DNA of 64,000 bases, from the NCBI GenBank assembly GCA_031082315.1, contig JAVHLC010000002.1, positions 147,362-211,361 of the forward strand, read 5' to 3'. Numbering within the stretch: the first letter of the stretch is position 1; each line of letters begins with the position of its first letter. Shown here piece after piece: positions 45,874 to 55,506 of the stretch. The notes beneath the pieces were generated by a model, which saw nothing but the letters and a program-made list of their open reading frames with translations, was not told where the DNA came from and did not search any database. Both the position numbers and the translations under genes were made by a program. The stretch comes from Thermodesulfobacteriota bacterium. Lineage in GTDB: Bacteria; Desulfobacterota; QYQD01.

Positions 45874-47178
45874 CTATTCCCCCGGCAGGCGCTCCAAACT
45901 GGTTGGTTTGCCTGCGGCCTGCCGCGCTGCGTTCCAGTCCTCGCGGCTGCGCGCCGCCTCTTCACCCGGCAGGCTGCTCAGTATCTCAAAATAATCCAAT
46001 TTGTACTTGTCTTCGACCACCACCGCTTCCGGATTGCATCTGACCGCATAGACCGTTTGCACGGACTGGTGATCAAAGTCGCGCCATATCTGCTTATCCT
46101 TCAATAGCGTGTACTCGTGACCCTCGAGCGCCTTGATCACCCCGGGTGAATCAAAGCCTTTGGCCCTCTCCGCGGCTCCCTTGTATTCGTATAGAATTGT
46201 ATAGGCCGAAGCGCCCGAAGTGCTGGGATAACGGCCGTATTTAGCGGCAAACTTCTCTACAAACTCTTTTCCCCTTTGGTAATTGTGCTTGTATGGAATC
46301 TTCCAGGTCCAGGGAACAGATCCAATCACGCCCTCCATGACCTTGGGACCGCCGGCCTCGGCCATGCCCAGGGTGAGATTCGGGACTACTATCTGGCAAT
46401 CCTTTTTCAGTCCCATGGTTGTCGCAATCTGGATGGCTGAGGACATGTCCCGGCCAAAAAGGACCAATACCAGGACATCGGGCTTTATCATCCGGGCGAT
46501 GTTGAGGGCCTTGGTAAAATGCTCCAGTGTGGCCCCTGGAAACGGGGTCTTCACCCCTTTGTGCACTGATGTGTCCTCGGTGCCGCTGAGTTTTCTCACA
46601 GAGGTCTCGGTAGTCCAACCCCAGGTGTAGTCAGCGGTAATGTAAAAATATTTCTTTCCCGCAAAATTTTCCTTTAAGTATTTGGATATGGCCTTGGCCC
46701 CCATCCACGCGTCGTAGCACTCGCGGAAGGTATGGCGATGCCCTTCTTCGCATGTAGTCTCATTGGAATAGGTGAGGGTCCCAAAGAATGGGATGCCTTT
46801 TTCCTGGCACACCTTGGCCGCGGCTATGGCTACAGCGCTTGAAGACCCACCGAATACCATCTTCACGCCTTCCTGATCGATCAACTCGGTAACGTTTTTG
46901 GTGGTGATATCCGATTTTGACATGGAGTCGCGTTTTACAAGCTCTATCTGCTTTCCCAGGATGCCCCCGGCCGCATTAATCTCCTCCGCAGCGAGTTCCG
47001 CGGCACGTAACTGATCCAGACCCTCAATCGCATACGGCCCGGTTGCAGGATAGTTCAAACCAATCTTCACCGCATCGGCCCCGGCCAGGGAAACAGACAG
47101 GGTGTTGGCCAGAAACAGCCCGGTGATCAGGGAGATCATCAGAACCCGGCCTGATCGTTCCAAAATTCCTTTAAACAT
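45874..47178 (-). CDS. Periplasmic binding protein, type I (LivJ/Peripla_BP_6-like)
   Basis: Signal peptide, KIGLNYP.TG, EINAAGGILGKQIE, GGSSSAVA, ADYTWG. Confidence 0.88.
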   Translation of the reverse strand: MFKGILERSGRVLMISLITGLFLANTLSVSLAGADAVKIGLNYPATGPYAIEGLDQLRAAELAAEEINAAGGILGKQIELVKRDSMSKSDITTKNVTELIDQEGVKMVFGGSSSAVAIAAAKVCQEKGIPFFGTLTYSNETTCEEGHRHTFRECYDAWMGAKAISKYLKENFAGKKYFYITADYTWGWTTETSVRKLSGTEDTSVHKGVKTPFPGATLEHFTKALNIARMIKPDVLVLVLFGRDMSSAIQIATTMGLKKDCQIVVPNLTLGMAEAGGPKVMEGVIGSVPWTWKIPYKHNYQRGKEFVEKFAAKYGRYPSTSGASAYTILYEYKGAAERAKGFDSPGVIKALEGHEYTLLKDKQIWRDFDHQSVQTVYAVRCNPEAVVVEDKYKLDYFEILSSLPGEEAARSREDWNAARQAAGKPTSLERLPGE

Positions 47179-47212
47179 GGTTTCCTCCTTAGTCTCGTTT
47201 TACTTTAAACAA

Positions 47213-49609
47213 TCATGCGCCGGAATTCAGCTTACGTATGCCGTGCAATTTCTTAACAAATGATGCCCTGGGAGAATCGTCCGGCTCCTGGCCCCCCTCC
47301 ATGGTCTTTATATTCTTTCCGCCAACCAATTCGGACAGTTGATCTACATAATCTTGCAAGGTATGGGCCTGGGCGTTCAATTCTTCGGAGGCAGAAGCGG
47401 TCTCCTCGGCATTGGCCGCATTCTTTTGCACTACCTGATCCATTTGACCCAAGGCATTGCTTATCTGATCCATTCCCTGGCTTTGCTCGCGGGAGGCGGC
47501 CGCTATCTCTGCCACCAGATTAGCGACCTTTTTGGCGCTGGTAGCCACTTCCCGGAAGTCAGCTTCCGTCCCGCTGACCAGGCCGGAACCCTCTGCTATC
47601 TTTTGAATCACATCTTCAATCAGGTTGCTGGTATTCTTTGCCGCTTCGGCCGCCCGCTTAGCCAGATTCCTTACCTCCTCCGCCACTACGGCAAATCCCA
47701 TACCGGCCTCGCCGGCCCGCGCCGCCTCGACTGCGGCATTGAGCGCCAGGAGGTTGGTCTGAAAAGCGATGCCATCGATGGTCTTGATAATTTTACCGAT
47801 TTCCTCACCGGCAGCAGAAATGTTGTGCATAGAGGTACTCATCTGGGACATGGAACTATTGGCCTTTTCTACGACCTGCCTTGACTCTTCCATGAGCATG
47901 TTGGCCTGTTGGGCATTGTCCGCATTTTGCCTGGTCATGCTCGTTATCTCTTCGAGAGAGGCCGAGGTCTGTTCCAGGGCTGCGGCCTGTTCCGAAGCCC
48001 CTTCGGCCAGTTGTTGCGAGGCCCCGGAGACCTCTCCGGCGGCAGAGGACACCTGTCCCGAAGAATCGTTCAATCCGGAAATAACCCTTTCTAAATAGGT
48101 ATTAATGGACCGGCTGATCCAGCCACCCACAATAATGCCGAAAGCTATGGAGATGATACCGGCAATGGCCAGGGCCGTAGTGGTCATGGCTGCCACCTTT
48201 TCCACGGCCTCCACCGCCTTCTCCTGGCCGGCTTCAGCCGAGCGCGTCTTCTCGGCGCTGGCCTGGCCAATCCTTTCAATCAACTTTTTCGCTTCGCTGA
48301 ATATCTGGGCAGAACGGGCCTGGGTGGCCAGATTCTTTAAGATCTGATCCAGAATGCCGTCTTTGCTCAACAATAACCCCCGCATGCCGGCAAAAGCCGA
48401 TTCAACATTCTTTACCGTTGCCGCCTGAGCCCCGGCCCTTATGGAACCAAGGCCGTTTCTAATACCGCCCAGCTCTCTCGCCACTGCCGCAAACTGTCCC
48501 TCCAGCCTGGTCCTCAGATTGCCTGCCTCGTCAGCAGAACCGGCCAACATAATCTGTTTGGAGGTACTTTCTATGGTTCGGGCCAGAATGGCTATATTTG
48601 CGCTGGCTCCTGATATGTGCCCTACCGAGGTAACCAGACGAATGGAGTTGCCCATCTTCTGGTTTTCCTGGGGAACAACCAGATCTAATTTATCTATTTC
48701 GCCGGCAAGTTTGTTGCCGAGCCCCTCAATTTTCTTTGTCATCTCTCCGCTTTTTTTCTCATACGCCTGGCTGAGCGCATCAGACGTTGGATCAGCGATT
48801 ATGCTGGCTCGGGCGGCGAGGAGTCCGGCATCCCCCGAAAATCCCTTTTCTATTTCCTCAACGAATTCCTTTAGCTGACCGGCCAATCCACCCTTTCCAA
48901 TGGCCATTTCTATGCCGTCCGCCTCAGCCCGCATCCTATCCACCTCAGCCCGCATCTTATCTTTAAGCGGGTTCAGCTTGAAGCGATTGAACACCGTATC
49001 TATCTGCATGATCAATGCCCTGGCGCTGCTTAACCTATCTTGAATTACCAGCATTCGCTTAATGAGGGTATTGGCCTTCAGGCTCGCCTCTTTGGATTTT
49101 TCAACCGAGGCATAACTCTCTTTTTGCATTCTTTGCATGGCGGCATCGAGCCTTCCGACCTCCCCGACCACCCCGGCAATGCCCGACCGGAGCTGCTCAT
49201 TGGCCGCAGCCACCTTATTCATACATTGCAGCCTTTCTTCGCCCATAATAGTCAATTGTTTATAGGCTTTTTCTATGTCCTCGACCACCTTCTCATCGAT
49301 ACCCGCCTTTAATTTGGTCAGGTCTTGAACTGTGGCATTGACCTGGGATAATGCCTTATCCGTATCCTTACGAATCGCGGCAAGTTCCGCCGCTGAAGTG
49401 GTCAGGGCCATCTGCGTAAAGTTGGCCGCCACCTTTTCAAACCCCTGCTGGAGATTGACCATCTTTACCTGGAGGGGTGACGACTCCCGGGTCAGATAGT
49501 AGATTTTGCCGCTCACCATGCGCACGGCAAAAAAACCCACCGTGCCCACCCCAGCCACGGCCACGAGGAGCAGGGCTACCAGCAGGAAGAGTTTCCTTTT
49601 AATGGTCAT
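47213..49609 (-). CDS. Methyl-accepting chemotaxis protein with a large (~440 aa) helical periplasmic domain
   Basis: Two TM segments; [34 protein letters not shown]. Confidence 0.93.
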   Translation of the reverse strand: MTIKRKLFLLVALLLVAVAGVGTVGFFAVRMVSGKIYYLTRESSPLQVKMVNLQQGFEKVAANFTQMALTTSAAELAAIRKDTDKALSQVNATVQDLTKLKAGIDEKVVEDIEKAYKQLTIMGEERLQCMNKVAAANEQLRSGIAGVVGEVGRLDAAMQRMQKESYASVEKSKEASLKANTLIKRMLVIQDRLSSARALIMQIDTVFNRFKLNPLKDKMRAEVDRMRAEADGIEMAIGKGGLAGQLKEFVEEIEKGFSGDAGLLAARASIIADPTSDALSQAYEKKSGEMTKKIEGLGNKLAGEIDKLDLVVPQENQKMGNSIRLVTSVGHISGASANIAILARTIESTSKQIMLAGSADEAGNLRTRLEGQFAAVARELGGIRNGLGSIRAGAQAATVKNVESAFAGMRGLLLSKDGILDQILKNLATQARSAQIFSEAKKLIERIGQASAEKTRSAEAGQEKAVEAVEKVAAMTTTALAIAGIISIAFGIIVGGWISRSINTYLERVISGLNDSSGQVSSAAGEVSGASQQLAEGASEQAAALEQTSASLEEITSMTRQNADNAQQANMLMEESRQVVEKANSSMSQMSTSMHNISAAGEEIGKIIKTIDGIAFQTNLLALNAAVEAARAGEAGMGFAVVAEEVRNLAKRAAEAAKNTSNLIEDVIQKIAEGSGLVSGTEADFREVATSAKKVANLVAEIAAASREQSQGMDQISNALGQMDQVVQKNAANAEETASASEELNAQAHTLQDYVDQLSELVGGKNIKTMEGGQEPDDSPRASFVKKLHGIRKLNSGA

Positions 49610-49765
49610 ATTTGTCTCCTTAAAGATCAGCTTTCAGCGTTCAGCCATGCGTCGCAGCCGGGATGCTGCTCCTACGGAATGGGGCCAGGCGGCCGCTTTA
49701 ACCTCCGTAGGAGCGCCTCCCCCAGGAGCAAACTGAAAGCTGAATGCTGATAGCTGACAGCTTAC

Positions 49766-50953
49766 TTATGGTTTAGCCACCTTGGCCACTGGCTTGGCCT
49801 TTCCGCCACCCACCTGGGTCATATAGACCTTGTTCAATCCCTGATGGTTATCCTTGCTAAAAGATACACTCAGACCGCCGATGTCCGTATTGGACATAGA
49901 CTCAATAGTGTCGATCAACCCTTCCCGGGTAAGGACCGCACCGGCCTTTTCTAAGGCTGTAGTAAGCACCCTGGCGGTTACATACCCTTCCAATCTGACA
50001 TAGGAGGGCGCCTCATTGGGGAAGGACTTTTTGAGCGCGGCCTGGAAGTCCCGGACTACGGGCACAGAGGTATCATCCGGAGAAGGGACTACCTGGGAGA
50101 TAATGATCCCATTGGCCGCATCGCCTGACTCCTTTATCAGATTCTCGGTGCCGACAAAGGAAATGGTAGCCAGAACCGGATTAAACCCGGCGGTCTTGGC
50201 CTCTTTCACAAAGGCTGCGATCGGTTTATAAGGGCCGACCATAACCACCGCCCCCGGCTTTGCCGCCATTATGGAGGCCAGGCCTCCCTTGACCGCCTCG
50301 GTATTGCGGGCAAAAGTCCCCGTACCAGCCAGTTTCAAACCGCGTTTTTTAAGGGCCTTTTCCGTCCCACTCAGACCGGCCAGCCCGAAGGCGTCATCCT
50401 GGTAAAATACCGCTATGTCCTTTATTCCCAGGTCGCTGGTTATCCTCTCCACCAGGGCCTCGGTCTCATCGTCATAAGAGGCCCGGATATTAATGATATA
50501 CCGCGAGACCGGGTTCCGGAGTAGTCCGGCGCCGGTAAAGAGTCCCACCAGGGGAACCTTCATCTCCTGCACGATAGGCAGGGCGGCCTTGCCAGTCGGC
50601 GTCCCCACATAGCCGGCCAAGGCAAAGACCTTTTCGTTTTCGATCATGTTAAGGGTGCAATCCACCGTCTTGTCCGGTTCATAACCGTCGTTGCTGGCTA
50701 TAAACTTTATCTTGCGTCCATTGATGCCGCCTTTGGCATTGACCTCATCCAGACAGGCCTTCATACCCACGTTCATGCCCGTCCCCAGCCCGGCTGCCGG
50801 CCCTTCCAGGGCCGCACACTGTCCAATGACCACCTCGCTGTCTGTCACCCCGTCCTCGGCCCAGGCCGCCGGGATAACGAAAGCTATACCGGCTAACACG
50901 GCCGCTACAAACCAGAACCTGTACCCCAAAAACCTTTTGATGCCTTTCTTCAT
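49766..50953 (-). CDS. Periplasmic binding protein, type I (Peripla_BP_6-like)
   Basis: GVTDSEVVIG, NAKGGINGRKI, DGYEP, VGTPT, RASY.DE, QDDAFG. Confidence 0.9.
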   Translation of the reverse strand: MKKGIKRFLGYRFWFVAAVLAGIAFVIPAAWAEDGVTDSEVVIGQCAALEGPAAGLGTGMNVGMKACLDEVNAKGGINGRKIKFIASNDGYEPDKTVDCTLNMIENEKVFALAGYVGTPTGKAALPIVQEMKVPLVGLFTGAGLLRNPVSRYIINIRASYDDETEALVERITSDLGIKDIAVFYQDDAFGLAGLSGTEKALKKRGLKLAGTGTFARNTEAVKGGLASIMAAKPGAVVMVGPYKPIAAFVKEAKTAGFNPVLATISFVGTENLIKESGDAANGIIISQVVPSPDDTSVPVVRDFQAALKKSFPNEAPSYVRLEGYVTARVLTTALEKAGAVLTREGLIDTIESMSNTDIGGLSVSFSKDNHQGLNKVYMTQVGGGKAKPVAKVAKP

Positions 50954-51001
50954 GCCTGTAAACCTCCCTGTTTTTAGAATGTTATAGTGCTGTGTTTACT
51001 T

Positions 51002-51028
51002 GTATCGGGGGAAAACAAAAAAATCTTA
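51002..51028 (-). promoter_or_regulatory. Putative sigma28 promoter of the SBP-MCP-SBP operon
   Basis: TAAGATTT-N11-CCCGATAC. Confidence 0.6.
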
Positions 51029-51113
51029 AACAAAAAAAGTAATCGTGAAAAGATTCACGCTAAAACCCCTTTCACCGCCAAGGCGCAAAGAACGCACGGT
51101 AGTTTTTTATTAT

Positions 51114-52175
51114 CCCACATTCAAGGTCGAAGTGCAACAAAAGTAGAAGCGACCTCAAGCGGTGTTTTGTAGCCCAGGCATTTTCTGGGCCTGTTGTTAA
51201 TGATTGATTCGACCATTGCCACCTGTTCATCCGTTATCTTACTAAAGTCAGTACCCTTTGGGAAGTACCGCCTGACCAGACCATTGACGCTTTCGTTGGT
51301 TCCCCTCTGCCACGAAGCATAAGGACGAGCGAAATAGCACTGCATGCCTATGGCATCTGTGATCACCTCATGCTGAGCATTCTCGGTCCCGTTGTCCAGC
51401 GTCAGCGTGCGTCTAGCTTTCTCGGGGAGCTCATGAAGCCTTCGTATCACGGTATCCGAAGTCAGCTCTGCCGACTTCCTCTTAAGTTTTGTCAAAAACA
51501 GAAGCCTGCTTTTGCGCTCCACCAGTGAGTTCAGGGCCGCAAGGCTTTTCCTCGATACCAGCGAGTCACCTTCCCAATGACCAAACCGACTCCGGTTCTC
51601 TACCGAGATAGGCCTCTCCTCTATCGGGATACGGTTGGGAATCTTGGTTTTACGCTCCCTTCTGCCTATCCCCTTGGTTTTGCGTTTGCGGTGCCCCCGC
51701 ACAAGGTGTCCTATCAGTTCAGCCCTCCCTTCTGTCTTCGGATGGTAGATGTACTGATAGATGGCCTCGTGGCTTATGCCGAGCCCTGAATGTTCCAGTC
51801 GTATTCTTCCCGCTATGAGCTCGGGGGACAAACCCTGCTTGAGCTTACTGCGAACATACGAGACAACCTGCTCATTCTTGAGCCTCGGTCGGCTGCCTGC
51901 CTCTTGCTTCCTCGTAATTGCACGCTCGTGAGCCCTGTGCGACAGGTACACTTTGTATGCAGGCGTAGCGTTCCTCCTCAACTCCCTCGACAGGATGCTC
52001 TTTGAGCGCCCCAACGCCTCAGCTATCTCTGTCACCGTGTGCCCCAACGACTTCATCTCCGCTATCCTGTCCCTCTCTTCAAGACTGATGTGCCTGTATT
52101 TTTTTCCCATATCCACCCAGAGTACCAGCCATAAGGCCATTTCTCCAAGTGTTGCACTTCCTCATTGAACTGGGG
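51114..52175 (-). mobile_element. IS30-family insertion sequence, apparently intact
   Basis: Imperfect ~26-bp IRs (CCACATTCAAGGTCGAAGTGCAACA / CCCAGTTCAATGAGGAAGTGCAACA); TAT on both flanks as the putative target duplication. Confidence 0.88.
51121..52110 (-). CDS. IS30-family transposase
   Basis: HTH (LGRSKSILSRELRRN), GHWEGD, TLDNGTE, WQRGTNE, NNRPRKCLGYKTP. Confidence 0.96.
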   Translation of the reverse strand: MGKKYRHISLEERDRIAEMKSLGHTVTEIAEALGRSKSILSRELRRNATPAYKVYLSHRAHERAITRKQEAGSRPRLKNEQVVSYVRSKLKQGLSPELIAGRIRLEHSGLGISHEAIYQYIYHPKTEGRAELIGHLVRGHRKRKTKGIGRRERKTKIPNRIPIEERPISVENRSRFGHWEGDSLVSRKSLAALNSLVERKSRLLFLTKLKRKSAELTSDTVIRRLHELPEKARRTLTLDNGTENAQHEVITDAIGMQCYFARPYASWQRGTNESVNGLVRRYFPKGTDFSKITDEQVAMVESIINNRPRKCLGYKTPLEVASTFVALRP

Positions 52176-52433
52176 TATTTAATTTAATGCAGGAGCAACA
52201 TCTTGCTGCGATCCTTATCGCTGGCTTTTTTGTTTGACAGCCCCGGATTTATTTTGCTAAGAGATGCTACAAGGGTGAAGAGGGATTCACTGATGTTGTG
52301 TCCTTTACCGATCCTTGTGTGCCTTTTTTGCCACAGAGGGCGGGAAGTTTAAAATTTAAGGTTCAAAGTTCAAAGTTCAAAAACATGAATAATTTCACAC
52401 TATTCGCTATTCGCTATACGCTATACGCTAGCA

Positions 52434-52449
52434 TGGCACGGTCATTGCT
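52434..52449 (+). promoter_or_regulatory. Sigma54 promoter upstream of porin 1
   Basis: TGGCAC-GGTCA-TTGCT. Confidence 0.75.
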
Positions 52450-52699
52450 TGGTATGGTCAATGGTCATTAGTCAGTGGTTTTTAATATCTTCCAATTGAC
52501 CAGTGACAAGTGACCAATGACTAAATGAAAGGAGGTGGATCTGAAAGCTGAAACGTAATCGGGCGAGACGCCCGGCCTGCAAGTAAATGAAAGTCAGTCA
52601 ATAATCAGTAGTCAGAAGACAGAATACAGAAGTAAAGGCTGATAGCTGAAAGCTGAATGCTGACAGCTAAACAAAACGGATAAAGGAGAAAGGAAAGAT

Positions 52700-54043
52700 A
52701 TGAAGAAAGGTCTAATTATTATAGCTGCTGCCCTGTTTGTGGCCGCTATGGTGCTCCCGGCTATGGCCGTGGATATGAGCCTGAGCGGTTTCTACAGGGT
52801 GCGCGGCTTCTATCAGAGCAATGCCGACAGCGGCATGGTAACACCTTGGGATGCGGGCGCTGAGCATGGTGCTTACAATGCCGACGACCCGGAGGCCTGG
52901 TGGGATCACATGCTCCAGTTGAACCCGGTCTTTAAAGTGGCCGACAATCTGAAGCTGGTAACCCGCGTCTCTATGTTTAACAACCAGATGTGGGGAAGCA
53001 CCAATACTTCCGGCGCTGTGGCAGATAACGATCTTACTCCGTCGAGTTTTAATACTGCCGCGGACAACATTATCTTCAACCGCGCCTACATCGAGTGGGC
53101 CACCCCCAAGGGCACCTTGAAGGTCGGTCGCATGGCCGGTAACTACACATTCTTTCTGCCCTTCGGGAACACCGAGCTGGATGCCGACCGCATCGTCTAT
53201 GTGTCACCGAATTATAGCGGCTTCAACGTGGTCCTCGGCCACGAAAAACGGGTAGAAGGCAGTGTTGGCACGGATGAAGCGGATAAGGATCATGACCGTT
53301 ATTTCGCCATCCTGCAGTATGCCTGCCCCGGCCTGTACGTCGGCTATGCCCCGGACTGGTACCGTGACCGGCAATCTGACGCTACTGCAAGGATTGACAA
53401 GATCAACCATAATTTCTGCCTGAAGTTGAACGACCCCACGAACACCTTCTTCTTCGAGGGCGAACTTCAGTACCGGGACGGTGAATATGATTCCGATAGC
53501 GGCACGGATTATGACTATGATGGTCTGGGCTACTATGCCGCGGCCGGCATGAGAAAGGGCCCACTTACGGCCTGTCTGGCCACGGCCTTCTGCTCCGGCG
53601 ACGATAACAGCGCTGCTACTACTGACGACGAACGGGGCACGCCCTTCGGCCTGGACTTCATGCCGCTCTACATCGCGACCGGTCCGTACAGCAATATCCT
53701 GACCAGCCAGACCGGCGGCTATGGTGCCGCTATGACGCTTGATACCGGCATGCAAAATACCGGCGCTCAGGTCTATTTGATCTCTGCCGACTACGTGGTC
53801 AACCCGGAGTTGGCCGTGCACGGCGCTCTGGGTGTAGCATACGCGGAAAAGACCACTTCTGGTGTCGATGATGAGTTCGGCAAGGAGTTAGACCTCGGTC
53901 TGAAGTACCAGATCATGAGCAACCTGGCCTATGAGCTACATATGGGCTACCTGTGGACCGGCGACTACTTTAAGGTCGGTTCGGCTTCGGTCAGGACTGA
54001 TGACGTCTATCAGATCGACCACAGCCTGACCCTCAGTTTCTAA
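52700..54043 (+). CDS. Outer-membrane beta-barrel porin, paralogue 1
   Basis: Signal peptide (AMA), SGFYRVRG first strand, RAYIEW, amphipathic strands, C-terminal LTLSF. Confidence 0.85.
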   Translation: MKKGLIIIAAALFVAAMVLPAMAVDMSLSGFYRVRGFYQSNADSGMVTPWDAGAEHGAYNADDPEAWWDHMLQLNPVFKVADNLKLVTRVSMFNNQMWGSTNTSGAVADNDLTPSSFNTAADNIIFNRAYIEWATPKGTLKVGRMAGNYTFFLPFGNTELDADRIVYVSPNYSGFNVVLGHEKRVEGSVGTDEADKDHDRYFAILQYACPGLYVGYAPDWYRDRQSDATARIDKINHNFCLKLNDPTNTFFFEGELQYRDGEYDSDSGTDYDYDGLGYYAAAGMRKGPLTACLATAFCSGDDNSAATTDDERGTPFGLDFMPLYIATGPYSNILTSQTGGYGAAMTLDTGMQNTGAQVYLISADYVVNPELAVHGALGVAYAEKTTSGVDDEFGKELDLGLKYQIMSNLAYELHMGYLWTGDYFKVGSASVRTDDVYQIDHSLTLSF

Positions 54044-54218
54044 GTGATGAGTACTGAGTGACAAGTGATGGGTAAGACTTTTCACCGCAGAGAACACAGA
54101 GAAAAAAGCATATTTACTTTGCGTTCTTTGCGCCTTTGCGGTGAAAGGGTGAAAGAAAGTAACAAACCATTGACTGACTGACATTTTGCAGGCCGGGCAT
54201 CTGGCCTGGTTAGTAAAT

Positions 54219-54258
54219 AAAAAACCGGCCCTGGAGTAATTCCAGGGCCGGTTTTTTT
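54219..54258. terminator. Bidirectional intrinsic terminator
   Basis: AAAAAACCGGCCCTGGA-N5-TCCAGGGCCGGTTTTTTT. Confidence 0.85.
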
Positions 54259-54290
54259 GTTCACCACTTATTCACCGCAGAGCACGCGGA

Positions 54291-54356
54291 GTAGGGTGGG
54301 CTCCGCCCACCGAAACACGCTACGCCGCCAATGATGGTGGGCAAGGCCCACCCTAC
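54291..54356. repeat. GTAG-type REP doublet, copy 2
   Basis: Near-identical to 43779-43845. Confidence 0.85.
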
Positions 54357-54368
54357 GTCTGATAGGTA

Positions 54369-54584
54369 TCAGGCATATTGGAGTCGTCGACCCTTGGGCT
54401 CCGGGATCTGCCTGCCGAACTCCTTCGCAGTGTCCAACCAGAGGCCGATCGCCTCTTGACAATTGGTTAAAGCGACATCCGGCGAACGCCCGTGTGCAGT
54501 ACACCCCGGAAGCTCGGGGACTTCCGCAACAAAAACCTGATCCTCTTCACTCCAGTAAATTATGATCTCGTACTTGTGCATCAC
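54369..54584 (-). CDS. hicB: HicB-family antitoxin
   Basis: YEIIIYWSEEDQVFVAEVPELPGC.AHG, IPEP. Confidence 0.92.
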   Translation of the reverse strand: MMHKYEIIIYWSEEDQVFVAEVPELPGCTAHGRSPDVALTNCQEAIGLWLDTAKEFGRQIPEPKGRRLQYA

Positions 54585-54835
54585 TCATCGCCTCCAAGCT
54601 TGTACCGCGTAATTACCGCGCGAACCTGCCGGACCTGATAGGATTTTGCCGTTTTGCCCTCGCGCTGAAGATTGATCAATTCCTCGACACCGGGTCTCAC
54701 AAAGATATGGTGGCTGCCACGGACCCGCTCCTGAAAGCCCAGGCGGATTAAAAGGTTGCGTAGCTCATCAAAATTAATATTGGCATTTGCCCGGCCACTC
54801 AGGATGCGCGCAAGTAATTTCTCGTATGTTGCCAT
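54581..54835 (-). CDS. hicA: HicA-family toxin
   Basis: LGFQERVRGSHHIF, AKSYQVRQV; overlaps hicB. Confidence 0.92.
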   Translation of the reverse strand: MATYEKLLARILSGRANANINFDELRNLLIRLGFQERVRGSHHIFVRPGVEELINLQREGKTAKSYQVRQVRAVITRYKLGGDE

Positions 54836-54973
54836 TACTGGACTTTATCCGGCATAGTCAAAGAGAGCGACCGGTAAGCGGTGCTCTCTGAGCTTAGAAT
54901 GTATTTTAGTACGATAATTATTCAATAAATCAGGCGATCTTGTCAAGCAGAGATAATCTGGGGCATCAGCTAT

Positions 54974-55040
54974 GTAGGGTGGGCTCCGCCCACCAAAACC
55001 ACGCTGCGCCGCCAATGATGGTGGGCAAAGCCCACCCTAC
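54974..55040. repeat. GTAG-type REP doublet, copy 3
   Basis: Near-identical to the other two copies, same orientation. Confidence 0.85.
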
Positions 55041-55212
55041 GCCTGTCCTCAATGACTCAATACATTCTCTATAAAAGCATTCCCACCGCCATTAAGGACC
55101 TTACCGCATTTATGGAGGAGATTTCCGAAAGTCTTTAACGCATGTAGCAACCAATCGCAGCATCACATCGTCTGGCCGTTTAACTCCGAAACCGCAGGTG
55201 CCGAGAAGTAAC

Positions 55213-55238
55213 ACAACAGAATGACACATTTCTGTTGT
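55213..55238. promoter_or_regulatory. Candidate operator palindrome upstream of porin 2
   Basis: ACAACAGAA-N8-TTCTGTTGT overlapping a TTGTCA -35-like hexamer. Confidence 0.4.
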
Positions 55239-55506
55239 CATCCGCATTTGTTTTGTGATAAGAGACCGTCGCAGGAAAGGAGGTAATCGTTAGTCGAAAG
55301 CCAGAAAGCTGAAAGCTATCAAACCGTAGGAGCGGCATCCCTGCCGCGACGTGGCTGGGGCGGAAAAATCCGTTAATAGAAGAGTCAGTAGTCAATGGCC
55401 AGAGAAAGGACTTTTAGCCACAACGACACGGAGACACGGATAAAATTTTTTTCTCTGCGTGCTCTGCGGTGAAAACACAAAAACGGAGAAAGGAGAAAGG
55501 AAAGAT

